Source: Caecitellus pseudoparvulus (lineage: Eukaryota > Protista > Bigyra: Bicosoecida). Taken from it: DNA of 64,000 bases. The stretch covers positions 310,001-374,000 of the forward strand of contig CBFFRQ010000040.1 in assembly GCA_965644315.1 (NCBI GenBank), in the 5' to 3' direction. A model generated the notes under the pieces. That model saw only the letters and a program-made list of their open reading frames with translations. It was not told where the DNA came from and searched no databases. Positions 46,461-57,859 of this stretch are shown here, piece after piece (the stretch's first letter is position 1; the number at the start of each line of letters is the position of its first letter). Position numbers and translations under genes: made by a program.

Positions 46461-49400
46461 ATGTCTCAACGGTGCGTGGGGCGCGTTCGAGGCGCTGCCT
46501 GGCGTGTGCCGACAGCCAGCCCGCGTATTCCTGCTTTGGCTGGCTCTCAGCGGCCACGCTCGCGAAACAGGTTGCATGCACCGCATGCGCTCTCTCCCAC
46601 CGCAGGTCTCTGCGCGAGTATGACGGCAAGGCCATGCTGTCCAGGGAGGGCTTGTGCTCCAAGTTCTTGTGCAAAGTTTCACAGCCAGCGGGTGGTGGCG
46701 CCGTGGACTGGGCTGCCGTGGAAGCGGCCCACCCGTGGGTCACCAAGCAGCGCCTGGTGGCCAAGCCAGACATGCTCATCAAGCGCCGCGGGAAGAGCGG
46801 GCTCATTTGCTTGAATGCCACATGGGCCGATGCCAAGGCTTGGATCTCGGAGCGCATGGGCGTGGAGGTGGAGGTGGAGGGTGTCAGTGGTGTGCTGACT
46901 CACTTCTTCGTGGAGCCGTTCGTGCCCCACAGCGGCACTGACGAGTACTACATCTGCATCCAGAGCAACCGACAGGGTGAGGAAGTGCTGTTCCACCACG
47001 AAGGCGGCGTGGACGTCGGCGACGTCGACGCCAAGGCAGTGCGCATGCAAGTCCCCGTGCACGCCCCCGGCGTCACGGGCGCGGAGGTGACTGCCCGCCT
47101 CCTGCAGGCAGTGGCAGAGCCCCGGCGCCCCGCCCTCAGCGAGTTCATCGTGCGCCTCTTCCAGACGTACCGCAAACTGCACTTTGCGTACATGGAAATC
47201 AACCCCCTCGTGTTCCTGCCTGCGGCCGTGCCGTCAGACAGCGGCGCGGCGCCACAGGGCACCGCCGACATCGGCTCCTTTGCGCCTCTGGACCTGGCTG
47301 CCAAGATCGACGAGACGGCGCACTTCCTCGTGGGCAAGGCGTGGGGCGACATCGACTTCCCCCCGCCCTTCGGCCGCCAGCCGTACGCGGAGGAAGCCTA
47401 CATTCACAGCCTGGACGCAAAGACTGGCGCCAGCCTGAAGCTCACGCTGCTGAACCGCTCAGGGCGCGTGTGGACCATGGTGGCAGGCGGTGGCGCCTCG
47501 GTGGTGTATGCGGACACCATCTCAGACTACGGCTGGGGCCACGAGCTGGCGAATTACGGCGAGTACAGCGGCGCGCCGTCGGAGGAGCTTACCTTTGAGT
47601 ACGCCAAGACCGTGCTCAAGTGCATGTTCGACGTGAAGCGGGAGGAGGGCAAGATCCTCATCATCGGCGGCGGCATCGCCAACTTCACCGACGTCGCCAA
47701 GACCTTCCGAGGCATCATGCGGGCCCTGTCCATGCACGCGGAGGCGCTGCAGGAGCACGGCGTCAAGATCTGGGTGCGCAGGGGCGGGCCCAACTACGAG
47801 GAAGGCCTGCGCCTCATGAACTCCCTTGGCACTGAGCTGGGCGTGCCCATCCGCGTGTACGGCCCCCGCACGCACATCACCGCCATCGTCCCCATGGCCC
47901 TGGGCCTTGACGTGTCCACCATGGGGCTGGATGTGGTGGAGACGACAGGGGCAGGGGCAGCAGCCGCCCAGCGCGCGCTGACCACCGCCGCCGCCCCTGC
48001 CCCCGTGGCACAACCAATGCCAGGTGTGCCTGTGGAGGATGCAGAGGGTGATGTGGCCCTGGCCGGTGCCGGTGCCGCGCCGACGGCTGCCTCCACCGCC
48101 ACCGGCCAGCACACGCAGTTCTCCCCCAAGACCCGGGCCATTGTCTTCGGCATGCAGATCCGGGCAGTGCAGGGCATGCTGGACTTCGACTACCTGTGCA
48201 GCCGAGACAAGCCCAGCGTGGCGGCGCTGGTGTTCCCCTTCTCCTCCAACCACTACCAGAAGTTCTACTGGGGCAGCAAGGAGATCATGGTGCCCGTCTT
48301 CTCGTCCATGAAGGAGGCCCTGCTCAAGAACTCCGACGTGGACGTGCTGGTGAACTTCGCCTCCTTCCGCTCCGCGTTCGAGACCAGCATGGAGGCGCTG
48401 GCCTTCCCCCAGATCCGCACCATCGCCATCATCGCGGAGGGTGTGCCGGAGCAGCAGACGCGCGCCCTCATCCACACAGCGCAGGAGAAGGGCGTCCTGC
48501 TCATCGGCCCCGCCACTGTCGGCGGCATCTGCCCCGGCTGCTTCCGCATCGGCAACACGGGCGGCATGATCGACAACATCGCAGCCTCCAAGCTGTACCG
48601 CCCTGGTTCCGTCGCATACGTCTCCAAGTCCGGCGGCATGAGCAACGAACTGAACAACATCATGGCCCTGCACACCGACGGTGTGTGCGAGGGCGTCGCC
48701 ATCGGTGGCGACAGGTACCCCGGCAGCCTCTTCTTGGACCACCTCCTGCGGTACGAGGCCAACCCCAACGTGCGCATGATCGTGATGCTGGGGGAGGTCG
48801 GCGGCGTGGACGAGTACGCCGTGTGTGAGGCCATCAAGGACGGCCGCCTGACGAAGCCCGTCGTGGCCTGGTGCATCGGCACCTGTGCCAAGATCTTCCC
48901 CTTCGAGGTGCAGTTCGGCCACGCCGGCGCCTTGGCAGGCAGCCAGATGCAGACGGCCGACGCCAAGAACGCTGCGCTCAAGGCGGCGGGGGCCATCGTG
49001 CCGGAGAACTTCAACGACTTCGTGCGTGCCATCAAGAGCACGTTTGGGGAGCTGCAGGCGGCTGGGAAGATCCCTGTGCGCGCGGAGGTCATGCCCCCCC
49101 GTGTGCCCATGGACTACTCGTGGGCCAAGCAGCTTGGCCTCATCCGCAAGCCCTCTGCCTTCGTCACGTCCATCTCGGACGAGCGGGGCGATGAGCTGCA
49201 GTACGCAGGCATGCCCATCACCAAGGTGCTCAGTGAGGACCTGGGCATGGGCGGTGTCGTGTCCCTGCTCTGGTTCAAGCGCAGGCTGCCTGCCTACGCC
49301 AGCAAGTTCATCGAGACGGTGCTGACGGTGACGGCCGACCACGGGCCGGCAGTGTCGGGCGCCCACAACACCATCGTTGCCACGCGTGCAGGGAAGGACT

Positions 49401-49957
49401 TGGTGTCCTCCCTCTGCTCCGGCCTGCTCACAGTGGGGCCGCGCTTTGGCGGCGCACTGGACAGTGCTGCGGACATGTTCAGCCACGCTGTGGACGCGGG
49501 CCTGACGCCCGAGGCCTTTGTCGCAGACATGCGTGCCGCCAACAAGCTCATCATGGGCATCGGCCACCGCGTCAAGAGCATCCACAACCCCGACCAGCGT
49601 GTCACCAGCGTCGTGGAGTTCGCCAAGAAGCACTTCAACGCGACGCCCGTCCTGGACTTCGCCATGGCGGTGGAGGGCATCACCACCAAGAAAAAGCCCA
49701 ACCTCATCCTGAACGTGGACGGCGCCGTCGCCTGCGCCTTCGTGGACTTGCTGCGTACCTGTGGCTCCTTCACGAAGGAGGAGGCCGACGAGGCCATCGC
49801 CAACGGCTGCCTCAACGGCCTCTTTGTCCTGGGCCGCTCCATCGGCTTCATCGGGCACTTCCTGGACCAGAAGCGCCTCAAGCAGGGGCTGTACCGCCAC
49901 CCGTGGGACGACATCTCGTATCTGGATGCCTCGGGCATGTCCTCGCCTGCTGACTGA
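46461..49957 (+). CDS. ACLY: ATP-citrate lyase, single-chain (fused beta+alpha)
   Basis: Exon 46461-46471, intron 46472-46605 gives [12 protein letters not shown]; [32 protein letters not shown] (catalytic His), [21 protein letters not shown]. Confidence 0.97.
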
Positions 49958-49969
49958 GGAAAGTGAGGA

Positions 49970-49975
49970 AATGCA
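49970..49975 (+). promoter_or_regulatory. AATGCA candidate 3'-end processing signal (representative instance, after ACLY)
   Basis: The same hexamer lies on the sense strand within 70 nt of the stop in 14 of 23 genes (see findings). Confidence 0.65.
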
Positions 49976-50105
49976 TGCTTGCCTACAAAACAGTCCACTG
50001 CGCACACACGCACCCCAACGCTGCAGGATTGTGTGCCGCACACATGTTGCTTGTTGTGGTTGAGATTCCTGACTCATAGGAGGGGGAATCGCCCGACAAG
50101 GATGT

Positions 50106-51089
50106 TTGTCTGGGTTCACGCCGGAGATAGTGCGTGAAGCGATTTCCGCAGGCTGCCCGTGCACCGCTCCTGGCGCTGCACCCGAAGTCAAGCATGCCGT
50201 TGCCTCCGCTTCAGAAGTAGCGTCAAAATGGCCTGTTGCAACGGGCGTCACCTGTCGGCATTTGCTGACGCACTTGCGGGACGAACTTGCGGGCATGTTG
50301 CAGGTGAGCGTTTCGCTCGGCGAGGCAGACGGCTTTCACCGCCTTCAGCCCAGGCCATGAGCACCCTTGCAGGTGCAATTCAAGGAGACTGTGCATGAAT
50401 TCGAAACTCGTATCGCTGAGGCCACTCAGGCGATGCGAAGCGCTGAACTTGAGGCAGGGAGCGGTGCTGCCGCAGAAGGCAGCAAGGAGGCCGACATGCC
50501 AGCCGACACGCCCGAGCTTGCCGCCCTGCAGAGTCTGCTCAACGCCCAGGAGGCGTTTGAGTACATCGTTGCACTGGTGCACCAAGTCTGCCCAGCCGCA
50601 CCATCGGGGGGACACACCCGGCGGGGCGCCCCGCAGCGCCAGCCGTCCGCGCAGTCCGCTGCCACACCGGTGTCTGGTCTGGACCTGGCTGGACCAGATG
50701 GCAGCCCCATGCAGCTGCTGCATGCTGACACCGCCGACATGCCTGCAGGTGAGCTGCTGCAGGCAGGCGCTGTGTACACGCTCGTGACGAGTCAGAGGGT
50801 GGAAGGGGTGGGGACGCCCCCCGGCGTGCCTGAGCCACTGGACCCGCCCGGGGCCAGCCCTCGAGGCAAGGCAGGTGGCAAGAAGGGGGCCAAGGACAAA
50901 GGCAGTGGGAAGAGCAGGCCGCCTTCTGCTGCTTCCAAGGGGGCCGCTGAGGGCCCCCCGCCCCCCAGCTGGCTGCCGCTGCTGTACAGCACACCGTGGA
51001 GCGAGGGTGACGCAGATGCGGAGGCTGCAGATGCTGCCCCTGCCTCCACCAAGAGCAGCAAGAAGAGTTCTGGAAAGAAGAAGAAATGA
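50106..51089 (+). CDS. hypothetical protein with Lys-rich C-terminus
   Basis: ORF from 50106 and ORF 50367-51089 join in frame across a GT-AG intron at 50304-50372; true start unresolved. Confidence 0.45.
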
Positions 51090-51108
51090 ATTCCGTGCCG
51101 TCGCACTG

Positions 51109-51699
51109 TCAGGCATCCTCCCCAGCTCCAGCAACGGGGGCAGACACTTGGCCGTATCGCTCACTGGCTTCAGCTGCCACTGCCTGCAGCTGCTGCACGA
51201 GGGACTTGCGGCGTTCCCGGTCACGAGCCGTGCTCAGAGGCACACCATCTAGGAACAACACGGCGTGTGTGATGGCCTCTTGCAGCCACTTGTTCTGCAC
51301 GGACGTGGCAGGGGCCGAGGCACCTGCGGGAATTGAAGGCAAATCAGGCAACACCAAAGGCTTCACAGTCGCCTCCGCAGGCGAGCCAAGGGGGGCCAGC
51401 AGCGGGGCAGGCACAGTTGGCAGCTCCCCTGAAGCGTCAGCATACCAGGCTGCATCACTGCGCAACGCCTCGGGGTGCCCGTGGCTGGTCAGTGTCCAAT
51501 CCGTCAACTTCTGGCGCACCATGCGCAGGCAGTCATTCGCTTGGCACAGCGCCCCTGCAGTGGTGAGGAGAGGCTGCGCGCCAGCTTCCCGCAGAGTGTC
51601 AATTTGGGTCTGCAGTATTGAACCAGATAACGCAGAAGGTGCCCGCTGCAGTGCAGGCGGCGAGGGGGGCGCGCTTGGCGTGCTCGAGGTGGAGCCCAT
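51109..51699 (-). CDS. BAG-domain protein (Hsp70 co-chaperone-like), possible N-myristoylation
   Basis: WLQEAITHAVLFLDGV...RERRKSLVQQLQ matches BAG helices 2-3; ATG 51699 gives MGSTSS. Confidence 0.55.
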   Translation of the reverse strand: MGSTSSTPSAPPSPPALQRAPSALSGSILQTQIDTLREAGAQPLLTTAGALCQANDCLRMVRQKLTDWTLTSHGHPEALRSDAAWYADASGELPTVPAPLLAPLGSPAEATVKPLVLPDLPSIPAGASAPATSVQNKWLQEAITHAVLFLDGVPLSTARDRERRKSLVQQLQAVAAEASERYGQVSAPVAGAGEDA

Positions 51700-51940
51700 T
51701 GTGAGCTTTGCACCGCGTTCGAAGTTGTGCACACAGCGGTGGAGGCTGCCCTTCTCCAGGTGGTGAGGTGCTGGAGCACATCACGTATCATCATGCGGCT
51801 GGTTCGTTGTTGCATTTGAGCAGGCGGTGGCTCTGTGCACTCATCCGCCAAGCCTCGTGAGTGCGGTGGCAACACTGCACGTCACTGGGTTGTGACCAGA
51901 AGTCCAGCCCCACGCCCCTGGCATCCCCACACATTCAGCA

Positions 51941-54900
51941 TCACTCAGACAGGAAGAAGCGCAAGCCCACGTTGAGGCGGCCTCCCAGCCGCAGCGTCCA
52001 CTGATCCGGAGCACCAGGCGCCTGGCTCATGGACACACTGCCCGCGCCCTCCTGCTGCTCGCCCAGCCACTGCAAAACCTTGTACAACTGAGCTTTTTCC
52101 TGCGGACTGGCTTCCTGTGTTGAGAGAGTTGGTGGACAGCGAGTGTGCACTCTGCTGGCGATGGTTGCACGTCGCTGGGCTTACGTGGCGTAGATAGTCT
52201 CCGAGGGACCCCGGTACCGGAGTGCCCGCATGCAGCAATGTGAAGAACTCGCTGTGCAACTTCGCATCCGCCCCATGCCTCGGCCTGGACAGCGCCCGCT
52301 GGGAGGGCTTGGCGGTGGCGAATATGGTGTGCACCTTGCTGAGTTGGGCGCGAGCGGTGGCCAGCGGCCCGTACAGCACATCCGCCATTTCTCGCAGCAG
52401 GAATCCTGTGAAAGAGAAAAGGGTGAGAGAGGGGGGTGTAAAGCAATCAAAGGCGGGGCCATTCAATTCGCATGCTTGGGCCCGAGACGCACTGGGCGTT
52501 TTGCCTTGTCGGTCCTTGAACACTGACTTGAGCGCGCGCCGCTGCTTCACAGAGGTGACGGCGGCACAGGCCAGCAACCATGCGTGAAGGGCCTCCTTAT
52601 CGCCTGCACTGGCAGAGTCTCCAAGTACGTCCTTCAGCGCTGAAAATGCTCCCTCGTGGCCTGTGTCTGAGAGTTGCTCTGGGTCGCTCTCGGCTTCATC
52701 AGCGATGCGCGCTAGCTCTGCTGATCGCAGAGCGGCCACAACCTTGAAGGCGCCTGACATGTGCTGCTGTGCAACGTGCACCTCCAGGTCGTCTTCATAG
52801 ACATCCTCGCTCTCCCCCACTGGGAGGCCAGCACCGGCTGCAGGAGCGGGCGCCTGCTCTTGGGCGGGCGGTTCGGGGCCGGCTACGCTTGCTGGCAAGC
52901 TTGAAGGTGTGCCCCACGTGGAAGTCCACTCCGAGCCTGGCCCCAGCAAGTCCCCCGCACAGGCTTGCGGCACATGTACCAGCGCCATATCACTGAGCCA
53001 TGCAGCTGCTCGAGTCTCAGGTGGCGTGTCAGTCCGGTGCAGCAAATCTCCAGAGTAGCTACCGGCAAGCCATGCGAGCAGGCTTGGCACTGCCTCTGCC
53101 CCTTCTGGAAGGTGTGGCCCGATGTAGTAGGGGCGCAGGGTGCTGCACACAGTCAGTAAGGCCTCTTGAGCAGACTCCATGGACACTGACCCGGCGGGGA
53201 CCGTGCCATCCAGCTCTGCATGCAGTGCGCGGGTGAAGGCAAGGTAGTCAATGCGGCCTTCTTCCCCAGCCACATACGCGTCAGCGAGGCAGTGGGCATC
53301 TTCGCGTGAGATTTGTGCGGGGGCGTCTTTGCTTTCCAGTCGCATGGACATGGTGGAAAGGAACTGCTTGCGCGTAAGCGTACCCGTCAAAAAACTGGCC
53401 ACCGCCACCCCAGCCCCCTCACATGCAGCAGCGGCGGCCTCCAGTTCGGCGATGAAAAAGTGAGCGCGGGCCAGCATGAACATGCGTGGCCCCTTCTCCA
53501 GCAAATGTGCTGCCAGGGAGTTCATCAGCCCACAAACGCGGCGCATGTCAACAGAGCCAGCGTCAGATGGCAACCCAACTGATGCCGCCGCGATTGAGGC
53601 TGGCTGCGGCACATCAGGCGGCGGCGACAGCGTCGCCAGTGCGACTTGAATGCTGGCATTGAGAGGAGAACTGGAGTCGTCACCGTCACCAAGCGCCGTG
53701 CCAATCATGTGTCGAACCTCTGCGATTGAATAGCCACGGGAGCCCAGGCGCTCCGTGCTCATGCTCGGATCCACGGCACAAATGAAGTCAAGAACTGCCT
53801 CGGGCACCATGCCCCGGTGAGAAGCAGCGCACATGCGAAGCAGGGAAAGGATGCTGTCAGCGACAAACGCCCGGCCTCGGGCCACCATGCCACTCAGCTG
53901 TGTTGGAGCATCCAACAGGCGAACGGCAAAAGTTGGGGAAGTGACCGGCGTGCCAGGCACAGCTACGTTGGCGTCGCCAGCCAGGCTCCCTGACACCACT
54001 GGCGCGTATGAGCGAGCAGATGCAGACAGGTCTTGTGACTCCCGGAACGGAGCTCTCTCACGCTCCTCATCGCGCTCTTCGTGGCGAACAGGCCGTCGAG
54101 GTGGCCTCTGCTCCTCCCTGTCGAATCGCCTTGAGCCCCCATCACTGTGGCCACGCATCGGCCGCGAATCGCGCTGGGATGGATCGTCTGGCTCCCCCGC
54201 ACTGTCATCATCTGAAGTCCAGCGGGAGGATCGAGTCGCACCGCGAGGAACGTACCCGCCACTCGATCGTGGAGCTGCGTCGCTGTCGCTTGCGTCGTCG
54301 CTTGGGTACCGCTGTGGCCTTCGTCGTGCTGGACTTCTGTGCACACTACTCGTCGGGCGAGGGGACGAAGGCCGGCGCTGGTGACGCGAGTGGCTGGCAG
54401 GCCTCGGAATGCGATCTGGCTCATCGTCACCCTCCACCTCCGAATCGTCTTCAATCACGCCCAGGCGGGATCGTGTTGGGCTGCGAGGTGTGCTGCGCTC
54501 CTGCACAAACCTTTGATCGATGCCCTCGTCCACAGATCCATCCGGGTACTCGATGTCATACACAACACGCATGCGGTTCAGCTTCACATCTCGCCTCTTC
54601 CTGCCGCGGACCACGACACCAGAACGGAACGCTCCACGAGGCGTCCCGCCAGATCGTGCACGGACAGAGGTTCCAACTGGGAGTGGGTGCCCTGAGCCTG
54701 ACACCGTCTCTGGCTCAAGTGCATCATCCTCTACGCGAGACCCATGCCTCCGATGTGGGGACCTGTGCGGCAGCGGAGCTCCTTCATCGTCCGCCGCGTC
54801 AGGGTCCACCTTCACATGCTCCTCACCCAGACCCCGATCGTCATCGCCGTCGTCGTAGTCAATGTCGTACTTCACCTGCATGCGACCGGTCGCGTAGTCC

Positions 54901-57626
54901 CGAGCCTGACGACTCCCCACCACCACGCCCTTGTACATCCGACCCCGTGGCTTGCCCTTGTACCGAGCGATGACACGGGTGCCCTTCGGGAACGGGTGAT
55001 CCAGGTCCACACCGCCCCCACCCCGATCACCCCGATCACTCCCACGCCGTGGCTCATCTGCATCCTCCGCCGCGTCAGGGTCCACCTTCACATGCTCCTC
55101 ACCCAGACCCCGATCGTCATCGCCGTCGTCGTAGTCAATGTCGTACTTCACCTGCATGCGACCTGTCGCGTAGTCACGAGCCCGACGACTCCCCACCACC
55201 ACGCCCTTGTACATCCGACCCCGCGGCTTGCCCTTGTACCGAGCGATGACACGAGTGCCCTTCGGGAACGGATGGTCCAGGTCCACACCACCACCCCCAC
55301 TCCCACCACGATCACTCCCACGCCGTGGCTCATCTGCATCCTCCGCCGCGTCAGGGTCCACCTTCACATGCTCCTCACCCAGACCCCGATCGTCATCGCC
55401 ATCGTCGTAGTCAATGTCGTACTTCACCTGCATGCGACCTGTCGCGTAGTCCCGAGCCTGACGACTCCCCACCACCACGCCCTTGTACATCCGACCCCGC
55501 GGCTTGCCCTTGTACCGAGCGATGACACGGGTGCCCTTCGGGAACGGATGGTCCAGGTCCACACCACCACCCCCACTCCCACCACGATCACTCCCACGCC
55601 GTGGCTCATCTGCATCGTCCGCCGCGTCAGGGTCCACCTTCACATGCTCCTCGCCCAGACCCCGATCGTCATCGCCGTCGTCGTAGTCAATGTCGTACTT
55701 CACCTGCATGCGGCCTGTCGCGTAGTCACGAGCCTGACGACTCCCCACCACCACGCCCTTGTACATCCGACCCCGTGGCTTGCCCTTGTACCGAGCGATG
55801 ACACGAGTGCCCTTCGGGAACGGATGGTCCAGGTCCACACCACCACCCCCACTCCCACCACGATCACTCCCACGCCGTGGTTCATCTGCATCGTCCGCCG
55901 CGTCAGGGTCCACCTTCACATGCTCCTCGCCCAGACCCCGATCGTCATCGCCGTCGTCGTAGTCAATGTCGTACTTCACCTGCATGCGGCCTGTCGCGTA
56001 GTCACGAGCCTGACGACTCCCCACCACCACGCCCTTGTACATCCGACCCCGCGGCTTGCCCTTGTACCGAGCGATGACACGGGTGCCCTTCGGGAACGGA
56101 TGGTCCAGGTCCACACCACCACCCCCACTCCCACCACGATCACTCCCACGCCGTGGCTCATCTGCATCCTCCGCCGCGTCAGGGTCCACCTTCACATGCT
56201 CCTCACCCAGACCCCGATCGTCATCGCCGTCGTCGTAGTCAATGTCGTACTTCACCTGCATGCGACCGGTCGCGTAGTCCCGAGCCTGACGACTCCCCAC
56301 CACCACGCCCTTGTACATCCGACCCCGTGGCTTGCCCTTGTACCGAGCGATGACACGGGTGCCCTTCGGGAACGGATGGTCCAGGTCCACACCACCACCC
56401 CCACTCCCACCACGATCACTCCCACGCCGTGGCTCATCTGCATCGTCCGCCGCGTCAGGGTCCACCTTCACATGCTCCTCGCCCAGACCCCGATCGTCAT
56501 CGCCGTCGTCGTAGTCAATGTCGTACTTCACCTGCATGCGGCCTGTCGCGTAGTCACGAGCCTGACGACTCCCCACCACCACGCCCTTGTACATCCGACC
56601 CCGTGGCTTGCCCTTGTACCGAGCGATGACACGAGTGCCCTTCGGGAACGGATGGTCCAGGTCCACACCACCACCCCCACTCCCACCACGATCACTCCCA
56701 CGCCGTGGCTCATCTGCATCCTCCGCCGCGTCAGGGTCCACCTTCACATGCTCCTCACCCAGACCCCGATCGTCATCGCCGTCGTCGTAGTCAATGTCGT
56801 ACTTCACCTGCATGCGACCGGTCGCGTAGTCCCGAGCCTGACGACTCCCCACCACCACGCCCTTGTACATCCGACCCCGTGGCTTGCCCTTGTACCGAGC
56901 GATGACACGGGTGCCCTTCGGGAACGGGTGATCCAGGTCCACACCCGTTGAACTTTTTGGCTGCCGCTGGGGGTCGTTCTGGTTGGCAGCATCTGGGTGA
57001 AGCCTGACATACTGAGCCTTCAGACCTTGGTCTCTGTCACCGTCGTCATAGTGCACGTCGTACACCGGCTCCATTTGTCCCGTAGAAACGTTGCGTTCTT
57101 GATGAACCGAAACCACTTTCCCTGGGTACTCTCGCTTGCGCGGGTTGCCGTTGAAGCGTGCCATGACGCGGTCTCCAACTCTAAGACCTGAGCTTGGCTC
57201 TGCCGAGGGCCGACGTGTTGCGGTTTGCCTAGTTCGGCCTGCACGGGAGGAGTTCTTCCTGAAGAGTTCCCGTGCATCTTCGATTGGCACAGGGCGGTTG
57301 ATGCTGAGCCTGTGTCCGGCGAGAGGGCAAGCGTGTGTGCGCCTGGCGTTGAAAGCGAAACGCCCGCCGCCAAGCCGCACCCTAAGCTCCGCAGTCTGCT
57401 GGAGAGGATTGCGCGAGGGATGGGCTTCCCCGAAGCCCCACGATATGCTGTCTCAATGTCCTCAGCCTGAACGGTGCCACCTGTCACATGAAAGAGGCAT
57501 ACGAGGTTGAGAATGAAAGGCTCGGCAGGCCACCGTTGCACAACGAAACGCCAGCTCACCTTGGGCAAGCCTGTCCAGCGTCGCTTCGTACCGGTCATGG
57601 AGCAAATCGCCGAGGTCAAATGCCAT
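51941..57626 (-). CDS. multi-Tudor(-like) repeat protein with EF-hand-like C-terminal region
   Basis: Exons 57626-57560, 57480-57381, 57309-52493, 52405-52185, 52113-51941 in frame; 10 Tudor/Agenet-like units (VIARYKG...MYKGVV...YDIDYDDGD); EF-like EEGRIDYLAF. Confidence 0.75.
54787..56943 (-). repeat. coding 276-nt tandem repeat x8 (92-aa Tudor-like unit + RG/Gly linker)
   Basis: GTCCACCTTCACATG recurs at 54804, 55080, 55356, 55632, 55908, 56184, 56460 and 56736. Confidence 0.97.
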
Positions 57627-57859
57627 TTCGTTGAACTATGATTTCGAGTCCTTCCACGTCCCTCTCGGCACCTGAATGCAAGTCCTGCCAGCAAGTGCAG
57701 CGTTGGAGCCCACAGCACAAAACCATAGACCTCGCTTCCTGGTAAGGTTTGGACCACGTTGCCATGCCAGTGGCCCACAGCCTTGCCCACACAAGTTGAA
57801 TTGCACTGTGGGAGAATGAAAATGTAGGCTGCGCCCTGCATTGAGCTGGAGGGGGCCAC

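Noticed and set aside
47522-50296. 924-aa minus-strand ORF (also 25373..27304, 59288..60697, 54744..56951)
   Set aside because: Antisense shadows of high-GC3 genes (ACLY, SPT5, eIF3c, Tudor repeats); no domain motifs.
54787-56943. Regular repeat array as CRISPR or satellite DNA
   Set aside because: No unique spacers; the period is a multiple of 3 and lies inside an open frame encoding Tudor-like units.
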